From Cenarchaeum sp. (GTDB lineage Archaea > Thermoproteota > Nitrososphaeria > Nitrososphaerales > Nitrosopumilaceae), in contig OZ243037.1 of assembly GCA_965212015.1 (NCBI GenBank), forward strand, positions 1,120,001 through 1,184,000: a stretch of DNA of 64,000 bases. Direction: 5' to 3'. Below are positions 1 through 10,600 of the stretch, in pieces. Position numbers and translations under genes: made by a program. Position 1 is the stretch's first letter, and every line of letters begins with the position of its first letter. The notes under the pieces were generated by a model. It was not told where the DNA came from. It saw only the letters and a program-made list of their open reading frames with translations, and did no database searches.

Positions 1-721
1 TCCTCAATACTTTGGGATCATGATTTTTTGAAAAATGTAGATAATCATTTATATCAGATTTCCCAACACCAATAGGTTTAAGATCTTTTATTGCATCCTT
101 TACTGTTTTATGTTTTTGTTTTTTTAAATGTAGAAATTTTTCTAAAGAAGATATAATTTGAGGAGTTATAAATTGTTTTTGTATGGATATGGCAATAATT
201 CTATGTCTATTTTGCGGTACATTATAATCTGCAGCATTAACTATATTAAATAATGTTTTATAATCTGTTTTTTCCAATTTTTTTATATAATAATTAAAGA
301 ATTTTTGTCCAGGGCCTTTTGCCATCCAAGAAACATTTTCAAATACCACAGCTGTAGGATGCATTTCTTCAACAATAGAAGCAAATTTTTTCACATATTT
401 GCTTCTTGGATCAGATTTCGTATCCACCATAGTAGTATCAGATAATTTGCTAAACGATTGGCAGGGAGGACAGCCAACCATACAAAATTTCTCATTTTTA
501 GATATTCTGCCAGCTTCCATAATTTTTTTACCATTAATTTTCATTATATCTGCCTGAATTGGATTTATTTTCAAATTGTTTTTATATACCTCACATCTGA
601 GAGGATTGATTTCTATCGCAGCAGCGATTTCAAAACCTGCTTTTTTGAATCCCAATGACGCACACCCCATTCCTGAAAAAACGTCAATCATTTTGTATGG
701 TTTTTTCATAATATCTTTCAT
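1..721 (-). CDS. dcm: C5 DNA cytosine methyltransferase, runs off the left edge of the window
   Basis: Manual translation (absent from the ORF track): MIDVFSGMG (motif I), GCPPCQSFS (catalytic PC), FENV, VPQNRHR. Confidence 0.93.
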   Translation of the reverse strand, partial: MKDIMKKPYKMIDVFSGMGCASLGFKKAGFEIAAAIEINPLRCEVYKNNLKINPIQADIMKINGKKIMEAGRISKNEKFCMVGCPPCQSFSKLSDTTMVDTKSDPRSKYVKKFASIVEEMHPTAVVFENVSWMAKGPGQKFFNYYIKKLEKTDYKTLFNIVNAADYNVPQNRHRIIAISIQKQFITPQIISSLEKFLHLKKQKHKTVKDAIKDLKPIGVGKSDINDYLHFSKNHDPKVLR

Positions 722-854
722 TCGTGGGGTTTAATTAATTATTCATTAATGGATCACAACTCAAAAACAACAAAATCTCCTTTTCTAGTATCACCCACGC
801 TCAAAACCACCTAAAATCATCCTCTATATAGACGATGGCAGACCCGATCCATAA

Positions 855-909
855 CCAGTTAGATCCCGTGCCTGTAGATCTAAATATCCCTCTTGAACCT
901 AACCTGTTA
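855..909 (+). repeat. 55-bp element, inverted copy of 12781-12835
   Basis: Reverse complement matches 12781-12835 at 51/55 positions. Confidence 0.9.
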
Positions 910-1083
910 TCCATGTGAATTCCTTTTAAACATTTCACTCATTTACTCTGGTAAATAGGAGGGGGTTTTCACTGCGGCTGTAAAGACAGGATGTTTTTCT
1001 GGATTTGTGCAAAATCATCAGAGCAGCAAATTACAGAGATGTTGATCTGAGGCACACGGCCCCTAACGGCACTGCCAATCCCA

Positions 1084-1245
1084 TCATGTATAGTATCGCT
1101 TTTTTTCAGGCAGTTTGTCCTCGATTCTCTTGAGAATTTCTATAATCTCCTTTTTGTCTTTTCCGTTAAGAATCATACTACAGGTAAATAGAGCCATGCC
1201 TATTAAGGCCGAAGATGCCGCCGGCCAGACAATATCAAGTATCAC
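1084..1245 (-). CDS. small membrane protein (53 aa)
   Basis: GTG-started ORF MILDIVWPAASSALIGMALFTCSMILNGKDKKEIIEILKRIEDKLPEKKRYYT: one hydrophobic helix plus an amphipathic tail. Confidence 0.5.
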   Translation of the reverse strand: MILDIVWPAASSALIGMALFTCSMILNGKDKKEIIEILKRIEDKLPEKKRYYT

Positions 1246-1257
1246 GCATAACCATAT

Positions 1258-2355
1258 GTGCCTAGAAAACGAAGTTCAGATGGTACCCGGCATGGGATAA
1301 AAAATGCAAACAAACAGATTACCCCTCGAAAAAATTTGGGTGTGAAGAGGATAAAATCGCAATCCCAGATATACGTCGGGATAGATCTGCACAAGGAATT
1401 CATGCAGGTCTCTGCAATGGATGCAGGCGGTAACGAGCTGCTAAACGAAAAGGTTCCGGCCATCAAGGAATATATCCGCAAATTCTTTCGCATCTTTCCG
1501 AAAAATGCAAAATGTGTCATGGAATCCTCATCTGTATGGTATGGAATATTCAGGTACATGACAGATGAATTGAAAATGGATGTCATATTATCTAATCTGT
1601 ACCAGACAAAGGCAATCGCCGCATCAAAGAAAAAGACGGACAAGATTGATGCGCGCATACTGGCGGATCTTTACAGGGGTGGATACATAGCCACGTGTCA
1701 TGTGCCGAACAAATACATTGTGGATCTTCGGCAGCTGGTGCGTCATCGCGCAAAGTTGGTAAAGACAAGATCCAAGATGAAAAACTATATCCACGGAATA
1801 CTGCTGCAAAATGCCATAAAGATACCTGGAACACCATTCTCATCCTATTTCATAGGGCAGCTGATGACCCTTGACGACTATAGAATAGATGAATATGTCA
1901 GAACCATACAGTTTTTCAATGATCGCATAATACAGGCGGATTTGAGAATAAAAGAGGCAGTACAAAAAAACCGGAATGCCCAGCTTTTGGAATCCATTAC
2001 GGGTGTGGGCAAGTTTAGCGCACTGGTAATTGCAGCAGAGATAGACGACATTAACCTGTTTTATGACTCGCACAAGCTTGCAGCATTTGCAGGTCTGGTC
2101 CCGTCCGTGAGAAACTCTGCAAATACAATACGTCACGGAAGGATAATCAGACGCGGCAGCCCCATGATGAGATGGGTACTGGCAGAGGCCATTCACTCCC
2201 ATGTTAGATTTGCAAAGGATTCTCCCATCTCAAAGTTTTATCTGTGCCTTGCAAAAAAGAAAAGTGCCTCCAAGGCCAAGATGGCAGCTGCTGCAAAGCT
2301 GTTGCGCATGATCTACTGGATGATGAAAAAAGGCATTACTTTTCAAGAGCTGTAA
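1258..2355 (+). mobile_element. IS110-family transposase (true start possibly GTG near 1342)
   Basis: RuvC-like DEDD residues in YVGID, VMES and KTDKID; C-terminal ITGVG and FAGLVPSVRNS motifs. Confidence 0.93.
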
Positions 2356-2575
2356 TCATGGTTAGAACTTTTATCCGCGATAAGGCTGTGAGGGAGATCC
2401 TCGGACGCATAAATGCGGCACGGTTCTAATGAATGGATGAAGAATGATACTGAGGGAGATCCTCGAATAGATACGTATCCGAACTTCGCTTTACGAAACA
2501 GGACATGTCCCAGTGTGAACTGTATTTTGTTATACAAAAGTGCGTGAAAAGTTTAAAAACCCTACACATAGATAC
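2356..2575 (+). ncRNA. candidate IS110 right-end bridge/seek RNA region
   Basis: Non-coding region 3' of the transposase with a TTAGAAC/GTTCTAA stem and two TGAGGGAGATCCTCG hairpins. Confidence 0.4.
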
Positions 2576-2583
2576 GGTCTAAT

Positions 2584-3280
2584 ATCTCCGAAGAGATACA
2601 GGATGCAAAAAACATCGATGAGATAAAACATTTAGTCCCGGACAGCAACGGGGGAGAGCTGTACATAGATGGCACGCACATATCCATAGAGCGGCCGTCC
2701 GATCCTGCCGCAAGTGAAGTCTACTATATCGGCAGGAAAAAAAAGCACACGCTAAACATTACCATAGTGGCCAATCGCGACAAGCTGATTATTGCGACAG
2801 GAAAACCGATGCCAGGATCTATGCCGGATCTTGATATGTTCCGCGACAACGAGATTGATCTGGAATCGTTGAGCAAGAGCATGAATGATGAGAACGTGGC
2901 AAAAAAGGACAAAGTTACGGTATACGTGGACAAGGGATACCAGGCCATCGAGGGAGATCTGCCCGGCGCCAACGTCCAAAAGCCCACCAAAAAACCGAAA
3001 AATGCCGAGCTAGACGGCGCACAAAAAAATGAAAACAAAAGGATCAGCAACATTAGAATAAAAGTAGAGCACGCCATCTGCCGGCTAAAGCAGTATAAAA
3101 TACTGGCAAAACTGTATGTCGGCACCGACGAGGACCTGCGTAGGGATTTACTAATCGTGACGGGTCTTGCAAACTTTGATCTGCTGTGGGATGCGAAACG
3201 GGAACGCCTCAAGCACGGTTTTTGATCATACAATACGGGGCGCCTGAAGCGCTGTATTTCTGCGCATGGTTTTGTGAAAC
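2584..3280 (+). pseudogene. 5'-truncated IS5-family (DDE_Tnp_4-like) element
   Basis: In-frame ELYIDGTH...YVDKGYQ...RIKVEHAI, homologous to 14983-16107; the 3' non-coding end also matches 14925-14982. Confidence 0.88.
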
Positions 3281-3360
3281 TGTGTGATCTATACGGATCA
3301 GGCATAATATACAGCACCATATTCACAATCATTTAAATTCTACGTATATGTACTACTTAT

Positions 3361-5343
3361 ATGACAAAATCATCTTACACCATGAGAATAAATCGAACCA
3401 CGGTAGACAAATTAGGAATTAAAATGTATGACAGACCTTCTGCTGTTTTGGCGGAAATAATAGCAAATTCGTATGATGCTGATGCAGAAAATGTATTAGT
3501 CAAATTACCTATGGGTAAATTGCTTGTGACAAAGACAAATGGCAACATACAAAATCAAGAATATGAAATGCAAGTTATTGACGATGGAATTGGTATGGAA
3601 CCCAATGTGATTGATAGTTTTTATCTTGTAGTTGGTTCTGACCGAAGAAAAGATTCTAGAAGAGGAAATTTAACCCCGAAAAACCGTAAGGTTATGGGTC
3701 GTAAAGGAATTGGTAAATTAGCTCCATTTGGAATATGCAAAGAAATTGAAGTAGAAACATCAGGAGGTGAAAAAACTGCCAAGGGCTATAAAATCGCTCA
3801 TTTCATTCTAAAATATGATGATATCAACAAGGAAACTAATGAGAATTACAAACCTGATAAAGGACTGCATGATGGAAAATATGCGAAGCATTCTGGAACT
3901 AAAATAACATTAAGAAGTTTTTATCGTAGGAAAACCCCTGATGCAATAACTTTTGGAAGGCAAATGGCACGTAGATTTGGTTTAGAAATGCCTAATTTTC
4001 ATGTAAAACTAATTGATCCTTATGAAGTAAAATGTTTCAAACTTAATCCACTCAATGTGGAATATGAAGATGAAACAAAAATTAGTTTAGACACCAAACC
4101 TATAATATTAGAAGACGGAAAAGAACTTCCGATCAAAGGATGGATCGCTTATGCAAAAACACCATATAAAAATCCAGATATTGCCGGTGTACGAATTTAT
4201 GCACGTGGAAAAATTGTGTCTTCAACTAGGGATTTTAACATGGATGCAGGATTTAGTGGGGAACACAACATTAGATCTTATTTGGTGGGTCAAATATTTG
4301 CGGATTGGTTAGATGATGATGAAGATTATATACGGAGTGATCGACAAGATATTTTGTGGGATGTAGATTTAGTTCGTGCATTTCAAAACTGGGGAAAAGA
4401 TCGAATCAAAGAATTAGGAAAAATATCTCTCAAACCTATGAGAGCGAAAACATGGAAATTATTCATGGAAAATTCAAATATTGAAAAAGATGCCAAAGAA
4501 AAATTCTCTGAAAAAATATTACAAGATACGGCAATTGGATTAGGAAAAACTATTGGTCAAATAGCAAATCGTGATGATTTAACAGATGAAGATTATATTA
4601 ATAGCTTAAAACAATTAATATTTACTGTAACGCCTCATAAAATGCTTGTTGATAGTTTACATGAAATAGAAAATTTAGAAGATCAAACTGATCCATTGAT
4701 ATATATTGCAAAAATTTTTGAAACTGCAAGGATTGCAGAAATTGCATCAATGGGTCAAGTAGCATTTGAACGAATACAAGTACTTAAAAAATTACAAACT
4801 ATGATAAGGGAATATCAAACCAACGAAAAACAACTTCAGGATTTGATTGAAAAATCCCCCTGGATAATTGATCCACAATGGACTACATTGTCTTCAAATA
4901 AAAGTTTCCACAATATGAGAAAAGCATTTGAAAGTTGGTATAAAAAAACATATGATGAAGAAATTGTAACTACTGCATTGTCTGGCGATGAATCAAAAAG
5001 ACCAGATTTTGTAATGCTTAATATTACATCTAAAAATATCGAAATAATAGAAATTAAAATTCCCATGCATAAATTACAAGATGATGAATTTAAACGAATA
5101 ATAATTTATTATGATAGAATGAATGAATTTTTAACTAAACATGAAGAGTTTAAAGTAGAATTTTCAAATGTACGAATTACATTAATTTGTGATGAATTAT
5201 GTTTAACTAATACTTCAAAACATGCATATGATGATTTGGATAATAAAGGAAATTTAATTAAAAAAAATTGGGAGAGAATATTAAAGGATTCAGAGAAATC
5301 ACATGAAGATTTCTTAAATATACAAAATTCTCAACAATATTAG
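3361..5343 (+). CDS. GHKL (MORC/MutL-like) ATPase fused to a C-terminal PD-(D/E)xK nuclease
   Basis: EIIANSYDA, DDGIGM, GRKGIGK and GTKI motifs; C-terminal EKQLQ..PWII and RPDF...IIEIK; AT-rich. Confidence 0.85.
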   Translation: MTKSSYTMRINRTTVDKLGIKMYDRPSAVLAEIIANSYDADAENVLVKLPMGKLLVTKTNGNIQNQEYEMQVIDDGIGMEPNVIDSFYLVVGSDRRKDSRRGNLTPKNRKVMGRKGIGKLAPFGICKEIEVETSGGEKTAKGYKIAHFILKYDDINKETNENYKPDKGLHDGKYAKHSGTKITLRSFYRRKTPDAITFGRQMARRFGLEMPNFHVKLIDPYEVKCFKLNPLNVEYEDETKISLDTKPIILEDGKELPIKGWIAYAKTPYKNPDIAGVRIYARGKIVSSTRDFNMDAGFSGEHNIRSYLVGQIFADWLDDDEDYIRSDRQDILWDVDLVRAFQNWGKDRIKELGKISLKPMRAKTWKLFMENSNIEKDAKEKFSEKILQDTAIGLGKTIGQIANRDDLTDEDYINSLKQLIFTVTPHKMLVDSLHEIENLEDQTDPLIYIAKIFETARIAEIASMGQVAFERIQVLKKLQTMIREYQTNEKQLQDLIEKSPWIIDPQWTTLSSNKSFHNMRKAFESWYKKTYDEEIVTTALSGDESKRPDFVMLNITSKNIEIIEIKIPMHKLQDDEFKRIIIYYDRMNEFLTKHEEFKVEFSNVRITLICDELCLTNTSKHAYDDLDNKGNLIKKNWERILKDSEKSHEDFLNIQNSQQY

Positions 5344-5431
5344 ATGTATCCGTCTAGGTTTTTGAAGTTAGATCTTCTAGTCTGTTATTTTTAACCAATA
5401 CCTTTTCTGATCAGATCGACAGACAGCAATC

Positions 5432-5965
5432 ATGCCTGAGAATATCCGGCATTATCGTGACAGATGTACACGAATTGAAGAGAAATATAGGATCTACAAG
5501 ACAAATACACACGTCTTGAGGACAGAGATCTGGAGCACAGTGCGGAAAACAAACAGCTCCGGACGGAAAACAAGCAGATCAAAGCCGAAAACGTAGATCT
5601 CGGGCAAAGGATATCCATAATTGAGGTGGACAAACGTATCCAAAACGCCGACATGGCCGCATTAAAAAAGACAATTTCCGCCCTTGCGGCGAAAAACATC
5701 GGCATCCGGCGTACAAAAAAACTGTCACTGGGAAATCCCGCGGAAAATCCCGCACAAAACACGGCAGAAACAGCAGAAAAAAGCCAAACTGCGTCGATGA
5801 AAAGCGCACCGTTGACGATCGCAGCTGCAAAAACTGCGGCTCTGACCTGTCCGAATCATGTAACGAATACAAGAGAACAGTTGAGGAAATTATAGTAAAA
5901 ACGGTAGTCACAGAGTATACTATCGTCAGAAGATATTGTAAAAAATGCAAGAAACAAGTATCATC
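5432..5965 (+). pseudogene. IS66-family transposase N-terminal remnant, frameshifted
   Basis: Coiled coil followed, in another frame, by CKNCGSDL...TEYTIVRRYCKKC (IS66 zinc finger). Confidence 0.72.
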
Positions 5966-6039
5966 TCTGCTATATTTAGCGTTATATTCACCTCTATAGA
6001 ATGTTTTGAGGAATTTGCATGCCGTTTCCGGTTCTTTGT

Positions 6040-6254
6040 ACGGTATAGAACTTGTCCTGTATAGTCAGAGACCATCTCATAGCGTGCTGTCCATTTTGCA
6101 ACCCAGCTTGGTGCGCGCATCATTTGAATTGCTGTCTAGCGCTCGGTTATGTTGTAGGATTTGCGCATGTGTACCGCTATTATCCGTTCACGTATGTCTG
6201 GATCTTTTTCCATGTTCGCACACGTCTTAGCTCATCAATCTGTCGTTGAGTCAT
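6040..6254 (-). pseudogene. IS630-like transposase HTH remnant
   Basis: EKDPDIRERIIAVHM...*...RAPSWVAKWTARYE with a frameshift and an internal stop. Confidence 0.6.
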
Positions 6255-6334
6255 ACAGATACTGCGTATGGGTGATCAATATAGTTTTCGGCCATATGCT
6301 TGTTTTAGATCTCGAACTTTGGATTGAGACTATA

Positions 6335-7387
6335 TTATCCCAGTAAATTTTTCATGTAATTTCTTACATCACTATATTTTTTATTCACCAAGCTGTAGTC
6401 TATGATTTTTTCTAATCCAAGGAGTTTGTTTATGATGATCAATTTAAAATCATCAGGATTAGCTTTTTCATGTTGATTTCCTCTAGGAGTTCCTTCTCCA
6501 ATATCCGAACAATAAGCATTGATTATATCCATGGAATGCGTGACAATGATGATCTGTTTACCTAATTTATTTACTGCATAGTTGAATAAATCTACAAGAA
6601 TCTCTATGCTGGTACTATGTTGGTACAATTCTGGTTCCTCTATTATTACGGTGCTGTTTTTTGGAGAAAATATCACTGCTGCGATGATTATCACTGCGTT
6701 TTGAATTCCATTACCTTGAAAATGTAGGTTTATGGCTTTAGTTGCATTGCCATCACTTCTGCGTGTGGATAGTGATGTGTTATAAGCCACTACAGGAGTT
6801 TTGAATAATTTTATTTGAGAATCAATTTTACGTAACCAGCATTCAAATAATTGTATGTCATTATCACGCATTGTAGATTTTTCAAGAAGAAATTGAATTA
6901 TATTTCTTCCATCTGGATATAGAGCTTGTATTTGTTTGGTAAAATAATTATCTGCTCTATCAGTTTGATCATTATTACGACCTGTAGGATTTTGATATTT
7001 TATAGTTTTTCTATATGATCCGATATATAAAATATTGTTTAAATTATTAATTAATGCTTCATTAGATATGGGCTTATCAATTGATATTTTTTTAGTGTCG
7101 CCAATAACATTGAGAGTAAACTCACATTTATCATTTTTTACCGTGATGTAAAAATTAGAAGATATATTATATGCCATTTCATTAAAACCGACTAGTGAAT
7201 AATAGTCAGATTTCCAATTAATGAGCTTTTTTGGTTCAATTATAGAGATTTTGGATAAATTTAATGCTTTAAAGATTGTACTTTTGCCGGAATTATTCGG
7301 GCCTACAATGACATTTAGCTTGTTAAAATATACGGAATATTCTTTATTAAAACATCCAAAATTATTTATTTTTATAAAATCAAGCAT
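6335..7387 (-). CDS. ABC/AAA_15-type ATPase (OLD/AbiEii-like) with no nuclease domain
   Basis: Walker A GPNNSGKS, degenerate signature QGNG, Walker B IIEEPE, H-loop VTHS. Confidence 0.85.
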   Translation of the reverse strand: MLDFIKINNFGCFNKEYSVYFNKLNVIVGPNNSGKSTIFKALNLSKISIIEPKKLINWKSDYYSLVGFNEMAYNISSNFYITVKNDKCEFTLNVIGDTKKISIDKPISNEALINNLNNILYIGSYRKTIKYQNPTGRNNDQTDRADNYFTKQIQALYPDGRNIIQFLLEKSTMRDNDIQLFECWLRKIDSQIKLFKTPVVAYNTSLSTRRSDGNATKAINLHFQGNGIQNAVIIIAAVIFSPKNSTVIIEEPELYQHSTSIEILVDLFNYAVNKLGKQIIIVTHSMDIINAYCSDIGEGTPRGNQHEKANPDDFKLIIINKLLGLEKIIDYSLVNKKYSDVRNYMKNLLG

Positions 7388-7580
7388 GAAAATTATAGAT
7401 ATTTCCGAAATAAATATGTAATCGATTACCCGTCTTCAGGTCTGAAAACCCCAAAACAGCCTTTTCTAGTAAAATCCACGCCCAGACAGCCCCTCAGAAT
7501 TACCCCATCTCACGCCCAAAATCACACCATTTTACGCCCAAACACACCCAATATCATTCCACAACTAACGTTAGGCCTCT

Positions 7581-7596
7581 AAAAAAAATAAAAAAA
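7581..7596 (-). terminator. oligo-T terminator of S-layer gene 1
   Basis: TTTTTTTATTTTTTTT just 3' of the stop; identical at 35333-35348. Confidence 0.7.
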
Positions 7597-7618
7597 GGGG
7601 AAATGTGTTGTTTCTAGT

Positions 7619-10600
7619 CTATACTACGTTGATGTCTATTACGGCTTTGGGTGACAGTGCAGTCGGGTTGGATACTGATTCCCAGGCAAACATTGTTACT
7701 GTGTATGCTCCAGGTGTGTCAGGTATCCATGACTGTGCTGCGTTTTGTGAACCGCCAGCTGGCATTACGCCTCCGGACCAATCAAGTTTGATGATCACTC
7801 CGTTTGCGTCTTCGATCTGTACCAAATATGCATAGTCCTGCTCCTTGTCCTGTCCGCTGGTCAGGTCCGCCTCAAAGTGCACCCGTGTATCCACGGATAT
7901 GCTAGCTAGGGGGTTTCCTTGACCGTCGACTACTCGCGGATCGGTGATTACCAGGCGCTCAAGAGGCGGTACTATTGTACCGATGAACGTTGTTCCCGTA
8001 ATCTGTACCTCATCCGTTGGTGAGTAATTCCTGTCAGGCAGGTCTGGGAGAGTATTGTCGTCATATTCAGCCTTTACCGTGTCGCCTTCAGCTACTCTGA
8101 GCCTGTGGCCAGATGAATCCTCGGTTAGCGAGAATGTCACTGTGCCCTCAAATATACCAGTTGCCTGGTTGGTCTCAGTTACAGTGAGGTCAATGCCTCC
8201 GCTGTCGCTGTCAGAGCGAACGTCAACGTCGAAGTTGTCTACCGATTCTGGATTCCAGTTCATATCCGGATCAATCACACGTACAGTGCCTGTTGATGAT
8301 GCAGCATAGCTAGCTTCTAGCCAGCTTACCTCACCGAGGTTCCATCTGATCAATGAAGAGCCGATTACGGTCTCATCCTCTGAGAACTCAAAGGATACCG
8401 TTACACCGTCGTCTTCAGTGGCAGCCAAGAGACCATCAGTTGGGCCTCTACCGTCAGACTCATAGCCGTCTGGTTGATCACCAGTGCGATCATTAATGCC
8501 ATCTCCATCGGCATCATGACGGAAACCGATGAGTATTACCTCACCCGTAAATATGCCCGTGTCGGGACCCGTCTCAGTCAGCCTGTATTGGTCAAGATCG
8601 CCCTCACCAGTGTTTACCCTTACCACGTCCTCGCTAGTTTCACCGATTTCATCAATCAGATCGCTGTCAAAGTTGTGGTCAGGTGCAAGTATGGTGATGT
8701 AGACCTTGTCAGTCCAGGTATACACCTTTTGATCAAGCTCTATCGTGGCGCCAAAGTTGGATGTGAGTACGGTAAGATTTACATCTTCGTCCTCGTCACC
8801 AACATAGTTTGCGCCAGATGGACCCCAATCGGTGTATTCTAGCTCGATTGCTTCGCCTCTGTCCAGATTACTTTGCTGTAGTGATTCAGGGATTTCAATG
8901 ACAACCTGGAAGATTCCAGTGCTGTCACCTGTCTCTCTAAATGCACTTGGTTCTGGATCGAAGTCTGCGGCAGATTCGCCTAGTTCACCCATGCTCAGTG
9001 TGGCATCGTCTGAATCCCATTCAATGAGATCCAGTGTATAGGTCTCGCGCTCGTCATTTTCAAGATCAAAGTCTGGCTCGATTAGAGTCAGAATCATGTC
9101 ACCGCCAATGATGTACGCGGACTTGTCGGATTGTAGTATGCCGTTTCTGAGGTCGAATGTAGCTGAATCAGTCACTGTGTTTGGATTACCTGATGCGTCT
9201 GTCGGATCCGTATATTCCACGGTAAGAATGTCACCTTGCAAGATACAGAAATCGTCTCCATCGGTACCATCGGTAACATTGAATCGGATATTAGAGCTTG
9301 CATTTCTTGTACCATTTTCCACATTCACAAAGCTGTCAGTGTTCGGGCAGTCGTTGCTATGCGGACCGTCAGTATACCTGACAGGCAGGTCTAGCTCGAA
9401 GATTCCAGCGTCTGGTGCAATCTCTGCAATCGGACCGAACTCGTACTGGTCGGTGGCACGTTCTGTGCCGACAGTGAGTCTGTCACCGTTGGTTTCGTTT
9501 GCACCTGCTGTTGCCAGAATTACAGTGTTAGAGCCTCTAGACACGGAAACCTGTATTGGTCCGTGTCGTGCTTCTTCTGCAATCATGTCTTCACCACTAC
9601 CAGATATGTCATAGTCTGGATCGTTGACTCTTACGTGTATTGTCAGATCACCGCGTTGGATTGTCTCGTCTGCCTGTATGCCGTTATCACGTATTCCGGC
9701 CAAATGAACCGGGAAGATGGATCGATCACCAGGGGTCGAACTAGTAGACTCATTAAAGTCTTCAATTACGCCAAAGGGTACCGGGAAGACAGTTCTATCG
9801 AAACTGACCGAACCGGTGTTTGCTCTGATTCCAGCAGAATCACCTACTTCGATGATTTCGCCGGACAGATCCCTATAGTCGACATAGTTGACCTCTAGAT
9901 CTACGCCCGTAGTGGATGTATATTCACCATTATTTTGACAATACACTGTTGGTATCTGGAATGTTCCTGTGAATATTCCGGAGGCCTTTGTGGTCTCGGC
10001 CATGGTAAATCCAGTGGCTCCAAGTCCATCGTCTGAGCCATCAGATCGATTAATATCACATGGCATATTATCATTGAAGTCATTCGCAGCGTTTGTCCAT
10101 AGTTCGTCGTTGAAGGTGATATCAAGCAGTCGTCCGAGATTTAGAGTTCGATCGTCTGTTGTACCAACCATATCCTGGTTATCTCCTGAAGACACCACAG
10201 TAAAGATATCCCTGACCTCCACATCTGTGTTCAGATCTGGATCCTCAAGGGTAACTGTTACCGTGTCGGCAATCTTGTAGTTGTTTGAGTCAAACGATAC
10301 CACGCCGGAATGAGTCGGTGCTTCTACCTGGTCTGCGACCTGTGTAGCTACGCCATCCTCGCCCAAGTCAAGATAGTTGATTCTCACTGAATCCTCGTCT
10401 GTAAGATCATTGTGGATGATCATTTCTGCATCATCGCTGATCACGTCCAGATTTGGAATGTAAGAAGCAGTATCGTTGACATTGAGCTGGTTTAGCATCA
10501 GGAACTCTAGGGAGCCTATAAAGACCCCGGTATTGTCCCCGCTCTCTTCTAGCTCCAGCCTATAGATGGCATTGTTGATCCTGTCACCAGGGGCAACACC

